Origin: an uncultured SAR86 cluster bacterium
Lineage (GTDB): Bacteria > Pseudomonadota > Gammaproteobacteria > Magnimaribacterales > D2472
DNA length: 64,000 nt
Assembly (NCBI GenBank): GCA_902617045.1
Contig: CACMVA010000001.1
Span: forward strand, 274,902 to 338,901
Direction: 5' to 3'
A program made the position numbers and the translations under genes. This document shows, one piece after another, positions 1 to 9,130 of the stretch; within the stretch, counting starts at the first letter, position 1, and each line of letters opens with the position of its first letter. The notes below the pieces were generated by a model. The model saw only the letters and a list, made by a program, of their open reading frames with translations, did not search any database and was not told where the DNA came from.

Positions 1-144
1 GTAAAAACTACAAGATTTAACAACAAAATTAGCTTAATTCTTTTACTAATATTAATATTTTTCAAACTCAGGCTTTGGGATATATATATTTTTTCTGGCG
101 GGAATTATAGAAACATAATCATTGATTAACAAGCTGTTTGTCAG

Positions 145-984
145 TTATTTTTTTATCTTTGCAATAATATTATCAAGCTCATCAAGGCTTTTATAAAAAA
201 TAGATACTTTTCCAGATTTTTTATTCTTGGTTTCTATTTCAACCTTATGTCCAAATGATTCTGACATCTCTTGTTCTACATTCAACATATCGGTATCTTT
301 TTGTTTGGATTTTGGTGAATTTTTAGATTTGTTTTTTAAAGAAACATTGCTGAGATCCTTTACGGTCAATCTTTCTTTAATTATTTTTCTTGCCATTTTT
401 TCCGCATCAGAGGGTGGCATTGATGCTAAAAGTTTTGCATGTCCCTTTTCAATTTTTCCTTCTGAAAGCAAATCAAGAACCGTTGTTGGCAAAGATAATA
501 TTCTAAGTGAGTTGGCTATTGTGCTTCTTGCCTTGCCTGTTGAGGTCGCCACTTCGTCTTGAGTAAGTCCAAACTCTCTTTTTAGTCTATCAAGACCTCT
601 TGCCTCTTCAACAGGATTAAGATCTTCTCTTTGAAGATTCTCTATAAGGGCGGACACAAGAGCGTCTTGGTCTTTTTTTTGATCTACTAAACAAGGTATC
701 GTTTCTAGTCCCGCCATTTTTGATGATCTTAACCTTCTCTCACCAGCAATAACCTCATACTCATTAAGACCAAGCTCTCTTACTAAAATGGGAGAAAGAA
801 CTCCTTGTTTTTTTATCGATTCAGTTAATTCCTGAAGCTTTTCATTATCAAAGTTTGATCTTGGTTGAAACCTACCCGGCTTAATTTTTGATATTTCTAT
901 TTCTTTTACAGATCTTTGATTGGTATTAGATTGTCCCAAAAGCGCATCTAGTCCCTTGTTGAGTGTTTTATTTTCTTCAGACAT
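145..984 (-). CDS. parB: Chromosome partitioning protein ParB (Spo0J family)
   Basis: 279-aa ORF with ParB-box motif VIAGERRLRS and an HTH region. Its start overlaps the parA stop by 8 nt (ATGTCTGA). Confidence 0.9.
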   Translation of the reverse strand: MSEENKTLNKGLDALLGQSNTNQRSVKEIEISKIKPGRFQPRSNFDNEKLQELTESIKKQGVLSPILVRELGLNEYEVIAGERRLRSSKMAGLETIPCLVDQKKDQDALVSALIENLQREDLNPVEEARGLDRLKREFGLTQDEVATSTGKARSTIANSLRILSLPTTVLDLLSEGKIEKGHAKLLASMPPSDAEKMARKIIKERLTVKDLSNVSLKNKSKNSPKSKQKDTDMLNVEQEMSESFGHKVEIETKNKKSGKVSIFYKSLDELDNIIAKIKK

Positions 985-1738
985 ACTCCACCTTTCTAAT
1001 AAGCTCTCCTGCTAGCGCCAAATATGCTCTTGCTCCATAAGAATCTGGTTTATATTTTATACCAGATATTCCATGGCTTGGAGCCTCGGCCAGTTTTACA
1101 TTTCTGGGAATAAGGGTATTAAATACCAAACTTTCAAAGTGTTTTTCAAGCTCATCAGAAACCTCTTTTGCAAGGTTATTTCTCATATCAACCATTGTTC
1201 TTACTATCCCAAGGATCCTGTTTGATGACATGTTTTTGTTTGATATTGTTTCAATCGTATTCATGAGTCCTGTCACTCCCTCGAGTGAATAATATTCGCA
1301 CTGAAGTGGGATAAGTGTTCCAGAGGCACAAAACAAACCCTCGATGGTGAGTTGGTTTAGGGTCGGAGGTGTATCAATAATTGTATAGTCATAGTTTTGA
1401 GAAATTGGTTCTAGGCTTTTAGACATGAAGCCCTGCTTGTTATCATTTCTTATTGCTATTTCAAGGGCAATGAGCTCCTCTCCTCCGGGTATAATTTTAT
1501 AACCGTCGCTACTTTCATAAACACAGTCTTCTATTGAAGTGTTTTCAAAGTAGTGGTCGTAAAGGTTTGTGGTTGCGTTTTCCTTAATACCTGCAGCGGT
1601 TGTGGCATTCCCTTGTGGGTCTAGGTCTATTAATAATACTTTTCTTTTGGTTGCGGCCAGGCTTGCGGCGAGGTTAACTGCTGTTGTTGTTTTGCCAACC
1701 CCTCCTTTTTGGTTCGCAATTGCAATTACTTTATTCAT
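977..1738 (-). CDS. parA: Chromosome partitioning ATPase ParA/Soj
   Basis: 253-aa ORF with deviant Walker A NQKGGVGKTTT. Sits in the canonical rsmG-parA-parB order. Confidence 0.9.
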   Translation of the reverse strand: MNKVIAIANQKGGVGKTTTAVNLAASLAATKRKVLLIDLDPQGNATTAAGIKENATTNLYDHYFENTSIEDCVYESSDGYKIIPGGEELIALEIAIRNDNKQGFMSKSLEPISQNYDYTIIDTPPTLNQLTIEGLFCASGTLIPLQCEYYSLEGVTGLMNTIETISNKNMSSNRILGIVRTMVDMRNNLAKEVSDELEKHFESLVFNTLIPRNVKLAEAPSHGISGIKYKPDSYGARAYLALAGELIRKVEYV

Positions 1739-2318
1739 CTTTGCATAATAAAACTATGTTTCTTTCTTTTGTTGTGTCTTGATTGATTATTTCATATCTG
1801 AACATATTTTTGTCGATATCTTTTAACTCCTTTTTTATGTTTGATGCTTTTCCTTTAAGTAAAAGGTATTTTGTGTTTTTGTGGACGTTTGTTTCTGTGA
1901 GGTTTATTGTTTTTTCAATAGTGGCAAAAGCTCTTGAGGTAATGATGTCAAACTTGCCTAGCTCATTTTTTTTGATGATTGTTTTGTTAATTATTTTTGT
2001 GTTCTTTAGGTTCAGCTCGTGGGATACTTTTTTTAGAAAATAGCACTTCTTGTTGTTGCTCTCTAAAAGGTTTATTTTGTTTTCTGGTTTTGTTATTGAT
2101 AATAGTATTCCTGGAAAGCCCCCTCCCGAACCAAGGTCTAATACGCTTTCATTTTTTTTTATATGGTTGATTAGTGGCTTGCAGTCTAAAATATCGTTCT
2201 CATATACCTCGTTATAGGATTCTCTTGAAAAAATGTTGTGGGTTTTGTTGAAGTCTAGAGCAAGGTTTATAAATGTTTTTATTTTGTTTTCTTGTTCGTC
2301 TGTAAAGACTTTAGGCAT
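1731..2318 (-). CDS. rsmG: 16S rRNA (guanine527-N7)-methyltransferase RsmG (GidB)
   Basis: 195-aa ORF with SAM-binding motif [11 protein letters not shown]. Immediately downstream of mnmG. Confidence 0.85.
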   Translation of the reverse strand: MPKVFTDEQENKIKTFINLALDFNKTHNIFSRESYNEVYENDILDCKPLINHIKKNESVLDLGSGGGFPGILLSITKPENKINLLESNNKKCYFLKKVSHELNLKNTKIINKTIIKKNELGKFDIITSRAFATIEKTINLTETNVHKNTKYLLLKGKASNIKKELKDIDKNMFRYEIINQDTTKERNIVLLCKDE

Positions 2319-4155
2319 GTTGTTTTAAAATTTCTTTTTTCTTTATTTGAATCAATATAAGGTTTACTGCTGCTGGTGTTACGCCTTCAATTTTTGATGC
2401 GCTCCCTATTGTTTCCGGTTTGTGTTTAATAAGTTTTTCTTTAACCTCGTTGGAGAGTCCGGGTATGTTGTTGTATTTAAGGTCTTGTGGGATTTTTTTG
2501 TTGTTTTGTTTTTGTGTTTTTTTAATTTCTCTTTTTTGTTTTTCAACATAGCCCATGTATTTTGATTCGGTTGCGGCTCTTTTATAAAGGTTTCTGTGTT
2601 TCTTTTTTGGTTTAAAAATTTTTGTTATATCAATATCTGTTCTCTTTAAAAGCTCAAAGACATTTTTGCTTTCGTTTAGTTTTAGTGTTTTGTTTTTTCT
2701 GTCTATGATTTTTGTTGTTTTGATTTTTTTTATTGTTTCTAGGAATTCTTTATATTCCATTTCTTTGGTTGTGAAACTGTTTTCTCTTTTAGCATCTACA
2801 AGCCCAGCATCAAACGCTTTAATTAAAAGTCTTTGTTCTGCGTTGTTTTGAGAAAGCATAAGCCTGTGTTCTGCTCTGCTTGTAAACATTCTGTAAGGCT
2901 CTGTAATTCCGTGTGTTGTTAGATCATCTATTAAAACTCCTATATATGCTTCGCTTCTTTTTAAAACCATGGGTTGTTTTTTTTGAATTGATCTCACGGC
3001 ATTGAGGCCGGCTATTAACCCCTGGGCGGCTGCTTCTTCGTATCCCGTTGTTCCGTTTATTTGTCCCGCTAAATAAAAGTTGTTAAGGAACTTTGTTTCT
3101 AGTGATGTTTTTAGGTTTCTTGGATCTACAAAATCATACTCTACAGCATAACCAAACTCAGTTATGATCGCCTCTTCGAGACCTTTAATTGAGCGTATAA
3201 AATCTTCTTGTGCTCTTCTGGGCAGGCTTGTTGATATTCCATTGGGATATATTAGATCTTTGTTTATGCCTTCGGGTTCAATAAATATTTGGTGGCTTTC
3301 TTTGTCACTAAACCTATTTACCTTGTCCTCGATTGATGGACAATACCTGGGCCCTATTCCCACAATATCTCCTGAATACATGGCTGACAAATGGGTGTTT
3401 TCTTTTATTATTTCATGGGTTTTTTTGTTGGTTCTTGTTATAAAGCATGAGAGTTGTTTTTGATGTTTTTTTGGTCTGTTGTATAGGGACATCCATGGTG
3501 TAGGTTTTTCACCGGGCTGCTCTTCCATACAGGATGTTGAAATACTTGAAAGCTTTATCCTAGCAGGGGTTCCTGTTTTCAATCTTCCCATGGGTAGTTT
3601 TAGTGAATAAAGTCTTTCAGATAGCGGTATCGCCGTTCCATCACCCATTCTTCCACCTTTGGTTACTTCATTTCCTACATACATCTTTCCGTTTAAAAAT
3701 GTGCCTGTGGTTAAGATGATTCTCTTTGCTAATATGTTTTGGTTGCTTGTTATTACCCCGGTTGCTTTATTGTTTTTAATTAAAATGTCTTCAACTTCAT
3801 CTTCGTATACATCAATATTTGTTTTTTTTAGTATTTTTTGAACTGCTTTTTTGTAAAGATCTCTATCACACTGAACCCTTAAAGCCTGAACCGCATCTCC
3901 TTTTCTTGTGTTAAGTGTTCTATATTGGATACCTGACATATCAGTGGCTGTTGGCATCAAGCCACCCATAGCATCAATCTCTCTGACTATATGTGATTTA
4001 CCTAAACCTCCGATTGCGGGATTACAAGACATCTGACCTATAGCTTTTTTATTAAAGGTGACAAGTGCGCATGACATACCTAATCTGTGGACAGCATATG
4101 CTGCCTCAACCCCGGCATGACCACCTCCAACAACTATAACATCGTATTTATTCAT
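2311..4155 (-). CDS. mnmG: tRNA uridine 5-carboxymethylaminomethyl modification enzyme MnmG (GidA)
   Basis: 614-aa ORF with N-terminal FAD fold [14 protein letters not shown]. Family-typical length and C-terminal domain. Confidence 0.95.
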   Translation of the reverse strand: MNKYDVIVVGGGHAGVEAAYAVHRLGMSCALVTFNKKAIGQMSCNPAIGGLGKSHIVREIDAMGGLMPTATDMSGIQYRTLNTRKGDAVQALRVQCDRDLYKKAVQKILKKTNIDVYEDEVEDILIKNNKATGVITSNQNILAKRIILTTGTFLNGKMYVGNEVTKGGRMGDGTAIPLSERLYSLKLPMGRLKTGTPARIKLSSISTSCMEEQPGEKPTPWMSLYNRPKKHQKQLSCFITRTNKKTHEIIKENTHLSAMYSGDIVGIGPRYCPSIEDKVNRFSDKESHQIFIEPEGINKDLIYPNGISTSLPRRAQEDFIRSIKGLEEAIITEFGYAVEYDFVDPRNLKTSLETKFLNNFYLAGQINGTTGYEEAAAQGLIAGLNAVRSIQKKQPMVLKRSEAYIGVLIDDLTTHGITEPYRMFTSRAEHRLMLSQNNAEQRLLIKAFDAGLVDAKRENSFTTKEMEYKEFLETIKKIKTTKIIDRKNKTLKLNESKNVFELLKRTDIDITKIFKPKKKHRNLYKRAATESKYMGYVEKQKREIKKTQKQNNKKIPQDLKYNNIPGLSNEVKEKLIKHKPETIGSASKIEGVTPAAVNLILIQIKKKEILKQHA

Positions 4156-4371
4156 TTCATTAATAATTAAACTTTAATATCTATATTATATACTTTTTGT
4201 TATTTCTATTATGTTGCTTGTTTTCTGTTAAAAACTCCTACAAACCCTTTCTTTATATAAGGCTGTTTAATTTATAAAAACGGTTAAGCTTTGTTTAGAA
4301 ACAGGTAAAAAATACTGAACAAGTTGTTAACAAAAAAAACAATACAAAATTATTAACAAATAAATAACAAC

Positions 4372-5685
4372 CTATTTACCAATACAATAACTACTAAATA
4401 TATCTCCCAATAATGAATCTGAAAATTTTTCACCAACAAGCTCATCAAGACATGACCTTGCTAACCTAAGGTCCTCAGCTACCAAATCCAAAGATAAATT
4501 CTCTTTTAAACCTTTTTGAGCAGAGATTAAGTTTTTAATAACATCCTGAAACAACTTATTATGCCTATCTCTTACCATAAATTTATAATCATCTTTTTTA
4601 ACACCCTTATTAAAAGAAGATAAAATTAATTTTTTTAGATCATCAAAACCATCACCGGTTTTAGCCGAAACACAACAATCAAAATATTTATAGTTCTTTT
4701 TATTAACATCAGTTTTATTTTGAACAGATATGAATGATGTATTCTTTGCTAAATCCTTAAAATTTTTGATTAAAGTTTTATCAAATAAATCAAAAATCCC
4801 TATTACTAAATCCGCACTTTTGATTTGTGACAAAGACAAATCAATACCCGCACCCTCAATCTTGTTATCAGTTTCTCTTATACCAGCAGAGTCTTGTATG
4901 GAAAATACACTAGACTCGTAAAAAAGCTCACTGCTGATAATATCTCTAGTTGTTCCAGGAGTGTTTGAGACAATAGCCCTTTCAAAACCCAGAAGCCTAT
5001 TAAACACAGAAGACTTGCCTGAGTTAACAGGACCAATCAAAAGAACATTATTTTTTTGAGAAAACATATTTTTATTAACACAACCAGATATAAAAGAGTT
5101 AAACCTATTTACAAGGTTGACCAAAGCATCAACCAACCCCTCATCCATATACTCATTACCCTCATCAGAAAAATCAATTTCAGCCTCTACCCGTACCCTA
5201 ATTTGATCAATTTCATCCGCAAAAGAAGAAATATTTGAAGACAAACCACCAAACAAAGAACTACCAGACAACACAGCCTCTTTATCATCTGTAGCATCAA
5301 TAAAATCAACCAAAGCCTCGGCCTCATTCAAACTCATTTTATTATTCAAAAAAGCACGTTTGGTAAACTCACCCCCAGCAGCCTCATCAAAACCAACACC
5401 CTTAAACAAAGCAACAAAAGAAGACATTACAGCAAGGCTTCCGTGTGCATAAACCTCAAAAGAATCCTCACCCGTATAACTATTTGGACCTTTAAAAACC
5501 AACAAACCAGCCTTATCAACCAACCGATCACCGTTATAAAAACCCCTGACATGAAAGCGGCCCGGCTCAAAACCTTTGTTTTTAATAATTTTTGATAGTC
5601 CCACAAGACACCCTTCACCCGAAACCCTAAATATACAAATTGCTGACTTGGCAGGCGGCGTTGCTAGCGCAAAAACAGGATGCAT
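4372..5685 (-). CDS. mnmE: tRNA modification GTPase MnmE (TrmE)
   Basis: 437-aa ORF with G1 motif GPVNSGKSS and the characteristic C-terminal CIGK. Confidence 0.95.
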   Translation of the reverse strand: MHPVFALATPPAKSAICIFRVSGEGCLVGLSKIIKNKGFEPGRFHVRGFYNGDRLVDKAGLLVFKGPNSYTGEDSFEVYAHGSLAVMSSFVALFKGVGFDEAAGGEFTKRAFLNNKMSLNEAEALVDFIDATDDKEAVLSGSSLFGGLSSNISSFADEIDQIRVRVEAEIDFSDEGNEYMDEGLVDALVNLVNRFNSFISGCVNKNMFSQKNNVLLIGPVNSGKSSVFNRLLGFERAIVSNTPGTTRDIISSELFYESSVFSIQDSAGIRETDNKIEGAGIDLSLSQIKSADLVIGIFDLFDKTLIKNFKDLAKNTSFISVQNKTDVNKKNYKYFDCCVSAKTGDGFDDLKKLILSSFNKGVKKDDYKFMVRDRHNKLFQDVIKNLISAQKGLKENLSLDLVAEDLRLARSCLDELVGEKFSDSLLGDIFSSYCIGK

Positions 5686-5687
5686 AG

Positions 5688-7214
5688 TTAGTCTGTATTA
5701 AGGGCGCCTTGCTGTTTGTAAAGATAGCTTTGTTGCCCAAGCTGAACACCAGTATTTACAACAGTATATAAACAAAGAGCAGCAGGGAAAAACAAAAAGA
5801 ACACCGAAAACATTACAGGCATATACTTCATAACCTGTGCTTGGGTTGGGTCCATACCAGCGGGTTGAGGATTAAGCCTTTGTGTCAATATCATAAGCAA
5901 ACCAAAAGCTGCAGGTAAAACAAAATATGGATCTGGAGCAGAGAGGTCTGTCCAAAAACCCAACGAACTATACCTTAGCTCAACCATCTCTCTTAGAGCA
6001 AAAAAGAAGCCAATAAAAAACGGCATCTGAATAAACAACGGCAAACAGCCCCCAAGAGGATTTGCCCCATGTTTTTTCATAAGTTTCATTGTTTCAGTTC
6101 CAGCTGTCTGGCGATCGTTCTTGTACCTTTCTTTTATCTCATTAAGCTCCGGGGTGATTTTTCTCAGTGCAGCCATCGACTTAAAGCTTTTGGCTGTTAC
6201 AGGCCAAAACAATAATTTAATTAATATAGTAAATATAATTATTGTTAAACCCCAGCTATTAACATAACCATTGATAAAATCCATTACAAACACCATGGGT
6301 TGTGCTAAAAACCAAAACCAGCCCATATCAATTGCTAGCTCTAAATTATTAGCTCTTTCCATGAGATCTTTTCTAATTTTTGGCCCAATAAACAACCTAT
6401 GCTCATGACCATAAACCAGGTTGCTTGTTGAGGATCCCTCTACCGTATAACCCATTCTGTATAACCCAGACTCCTTTGGTAGAACGTAATAATTATAAAT
6501 ATATTCATCTGACCCAATAATGGCCGCAAAAAAATATTTTTGAACAAAAGCAACCCAACCAGACTTTGACAAAACCTCAAGGGGCTCATCAACCGACCTT
6601 AATCTCGATGTAGAATAAGGGTCAAGTTCTGTGCTTATCGCAACGCCCTCATAAGAGCTGTTGTTCATCATTCCACCCTCAAGAGCGCCTCTTTTTAAAT
6701 CAAGGGCCCTTCCTTCAGAACGATACAAACCCGCAAACGACTTTCCATTAACCCCATTAGCCGATGAATCATAAACACTTACTTCGTAACTAGCATTAGA
6801 AAAAGATATTTTCTTAGATACACCAAGCTCTGGATCTAACAAAACCACATAATCATCACCTCTCTCTGAAACCTCATAAACCGGGGTGACTCCGGTAAAC
6901 CCACTCTTAAAATAATATTGAAACGCAGAAGACTTGGAAGACCCAAAAACCCTAAACCCACTAGAACCACTCACATTTTCAACGGGATATTTTTTTAACC
7001 TCGCCTCAACAATAGAACCATTAGATATTGAAATAACCAACGAAAGCTCATCGTTTTCAATTGAAACAAACCTACCATCACCCCCATAAGATGACGACCC
7101 AACCATATCAAGGTGCTGTTTAATTGATTTAGTTTTTTGTTCTGAGTTCCATTCATACAACAATGCTAAAGAAAGAAAAACAATCAGAGCCAAATACAAA
7201 CTTCTTATATTCAT
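5688..7214 (-). CDS. yidC: Membrane protein insertase YidC
   Basis: 508-aa ORF with an N-terminal TM, a large periplasmic domain and a conserved C-terminal 5-TM core. Sits in the rnpA-yidC-mnmE order. Confidence 0.9.
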   Translation of the reverse strand: MNIRSLYLALIVFLSLALLYEWNSEQKTKSIKQHLDMVGSSSYGGDGRFVSIENDELSLVISISNGSIVEARLKKYPVENVSGSSGFRVFGSSKSSAFQYYFKSGFTGVTPVYEVSERGDDYVVLLDPELGVSKKISFSNASYEVSVYDSSANGVNGKSFAGLYRSEGRALDLKRGALEGGMMNNSSYEGVAISTELDPYSTSRLRSVDEPLEVLSKSGWVAFVQKYFFAAIIGSDEYIYNYYVLPKESGLYRMGYTVEGSSTSNLVYGHEHRLFIGPKIRKDLMERANNLELAIDMGWFWFLAQPMVFVMDFINGYVNSWGLTIIIFTILIKLLFWPVTAKSFKSMAALRKITPELNEIKERYKNDRQTAGTETMKLMKKHGANPLGGCLPLFIQMPFFIGFFFALREMVELRYSSLGFWTDLSAPDPYFVLPAAFGLLMILTQRLNPQPAGMDPTQAQVMKYMPVMFSVFFLFFPAALCLYTVVNTGVQLGQQSYLYKQQGALNTD

Positions 7215-7525
7215 TTTTTATCCATACTATCAGCAATAGATCTCGCAGCTGAAGAGATCTCTATCATCGCCTCTTTATATGATAACTCTCCAAAAGGCCT
7301 AAATACAGAAAAAACCAAAATTCCGTCTGGCATATCTATTGATAATTTTCTAAAAATTTCTTTTATCCTTCTTTTTATTTTATTCCTTTCGACCGCAAGC
7401 CTAAAAAACTTTTTCGAGATTGATATTTCAAGCCCATTATTTTTTGATTGCTTATAAAATATTCTAAAAAACTTACAGGAATATAAACACTCAAGCGAGG
7501 CAAACTGTTGATTGGAATTGGACAA
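7211..7525 (-). CDS. rnpA: RNase P protein component RnpA (start uncertain; longest ORF extends to 7615)
   Basis: Carries the RNR motif AVERNKIKRRIKE. The longest ORF overlaps rpmH by 89 nt. A TTG at 7525, 1 nt after the rpmH stop, gives a 104-aa product that aligns with the conserved part of RnpA. Confidence 0.75.
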   Translation of the reverse strand: MSNSNQQFASLECLYSCKFFRIFYKQSKNNGLEISISKKFFRLAVERNKIKRRIKEIFRKLSIDMPDGILVFSVFRPFGELSYKEAMIEISSAARSIADSMDKK

Positions 7526-7526
7526 A

Positions 7527-7661
7527 TTAAGCGCTAAGAACCTTTCTACCCTTTTTTCTTCTGTTGGATAAAACAGCTCTTCCAGCCTTGGTTGACATTC
7601 TCGCTCGAAAACCATGGGTTCTTTTTCTTTTTAAGTTACTTGGTTGAAAAGTTCTCTTCAT
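7527..7661 (-). CDS. rpmH: 50S ribosomal protein L34
   Basis: Not in the ORF track (44 aa). Hand translation gives [44 protein letters not shown], a textbook L34 sequence, upstream of rnpA. Confidence 0.92.
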   Translation of the reverse strand: MKRTFQPSNLKRKRTHGFRARMSTKAGRAVLSNRRKKGRKVLSA

Positions 7662-7754
7662 AATATCTAATGCTAAAAGTGTTGAGGATTATAGCGCAAT
7701 AAGTTTTTAAAACCACAAAAATTGCTGCAAAACATAATTTTTTTTATATACAAG

Positions 7755-7763
7755 TTATCCACA
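7755..7763 (+). promoter_or_regulatory. DnaA box, perfect consensus TTATCCACA
   Basis: Exact 9-mer TTATCCACA, 75 nt upstream of the dnaA start. Confidence 0.65.
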
Positions 7764-7783
7764 ACAAATTCCTATATTTATTC

Positions 7784-7803
7784 TGTAGATATCTTGTGGA
7801 TTT
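7784..7803 (-). promoter_or_regulatory. Two degenerate DnaA-box-like 9-mers (TGTAGATAT, TGTGGATTT), 11 bp apart
   Basis: TGTGGATTT is the reverse complement of AAATCCACA (2 mismatches). TGTAGATAT has 2 mismatches to TGTGNATAA. The two are spaced one helical turn apart. Confidence 0.35.
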
Positions 7804-7837
7804 TTTAATAGACTATGAATCAAATAGGAGATAATAA

Positions 7838-9130
7838 TTGGAACTTTGGAATAAGTGTTCTGAAAAGCTTGAAAATACCCTTTCTCAAGAAGATTTCAAC
7901 ACCTGGATCAGGCCTCTAAAGGCAAAAATAGATAAAAATACCCTGGAGCTTGTCGCACCTAACGACTTTATTTTAGATTACATAGAAAAAAACTATTCCA
8001 AAGAGATCAAAAAAATTGTCAAAGCACAGTCAAAGTCAAACATAAATCTTGTATTTAAAACCCTCACAAAAGAAACTTTTATTGATAAATATAAAAACAA
8101 CCAAAACTCAGAAATAAAACTAGTTGACGGATATACTTTTGATAGCTTTGTTGAGGGAAAGTCAAATCACCTTGCTTTAGCTGCAGCCAAACAAGTCGCA
8201 GCTAACCCAAAAGGTGACTATAACCCGCTTTTTATTTATGGTGGGGTTGGTTTGGGTAAAACACACCTAATGCATGCTGTTGGTAATGAGATTTTAAAAA
8301 ACGAACCAAAAAAAAGGATTGTTTATGTTCATTCAGAGAAATTTGTGTCTGATATGGTGAAGGCGCTTCAATTGGGCGCAATGAATGAGTTTAAATCATT
8401 TTATAGAAACGCCGACGCTCTTTTGATTGACGACATTCAGTTTTTTGCTGGTAAGGAGCAGTCTCAAGAGGAGTTTTTTCATACTTTTAATGCTTTGTTG
8501 GATAGAAACAATCAAATGATATTAACATGTGATAAATATCCAAAAGAGATTGATGGCTTGGAAGAAAGGCTAAAATCAAGACTTGGCTGGGGCCTGCCTG
8601 TTGTTATCGACCCACCTGAACTCGAAACAAGAGCAGCGGTTTTACTTAGCAAGGCAAACTCAATGGGTATTTCTCTTCCTAACGATTGTGCAATATACAT
8701 CGCCCAAAGAATAAGATCTAACATCAGGGAGCTTGAGGGAGCATTAAAGAGAGTTGTTGCAAACGCTAGATTTACAAATCAAGAAGTTGACCTTGCTCTT
8801 GTGAAAGATGCGCTAAAAGATCTTTTTGTAATCTCCGCAAAAATGATAAGCGTAGAGAACATACAAAAAACAGTTGCAGAATACTACAACATTAAACTTT
8901 CAGACCTTCTTTCAAAAAGAAGAAGCAGATCGATAACAAGACCAAGACAAATGGCAATGGCATTAACAAAAGAACTAACAAACCACAGCCTTCCAGAAAT
9001 TGGAGAAGCATATAATGGAAGAGATCATACAACCGTTCTCCATGCTTGTAAAAAAATCAAAGAATTAAGAAAGGAAAGTCCCTCACACGAAGAGGACTAC
9101 AGAAATTTAAATAGGGCCCTTACCAACTAA
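7838..9130 (+). CDS. dnaA: Chromosomal replication initiator DnaA
   Basis: 430-aa ORF with a TTG start preceded by AGGAG. Walker [11 protein letters not shown] and a C-terminal DnaA-box-binding domain. Confidence 0.95.
   Translation: MELWNKCSEKLENTLSQEDFNTWIRPLKAKIDKNTLELVAPNDFILDYIEKNYSKEIKKIVKAQSKSNINLVFKTLTKETFIDKYKNNQNSEIKLVDGYTFDSFVEGKSNHLALAAAKQVAANPKGDYNPLFIYGGVGLGKTHLMHAVGNEILKNEPKKRIVYVHSEKFVSDMVKALQLGAMNEFKSFYRNADALLIDDIQFFAGKEQSQEEFFHTFNALLDRNNQMILTCDKYPKEIDGLEERLKSRLGWGLPVVIDPPELETRAAVLLSKANSMGISLPNDCAIYIAQRIRSNIRELEGALKRVVANARFTNQEVDLALVKDALKDLFVISAKMISVENIQKTVAEYYNIKLSDLLSKRRSRSITRPRQMAMALTKELTNHSLPEIGEAYNGRDHTTVLHACKKIKELRKESPSHEEDYRNLNRALTN

Larger units (their letters stand above)
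7662..7837. promoter_or_regulatory. rpmH-dnaA intergenic region: candidate oriC and/or autoregulated dnaA promoter
   Basis: Site of the gene-strand switch (all genes to the left are minus; dnaA-gyrB are plus). Contains one perfect DnaA box, 2-3 degenerate boxes and an A/T run (7735-7750). Matches the Pseudomonas-type oriC position. Confidence 0.5.

Noticed and set aside
1-144. Possible start of an atpI/atp operon gene downstream of parB, as in canonical synteny
   Set aside because: No open reading frame leaves the window edge on the minus strand; the candidate ATGs hit stops within 6 codons. The sequence supports no call.
227-562. 111-aa plus-strand ORF inside parB; similar 60-99-aa ORFs lie inside rsmG, mnmG and mnmE
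   Set aside because: These are antisense or alternative-frame shadows of strongly supported genes, with no independent evidence.
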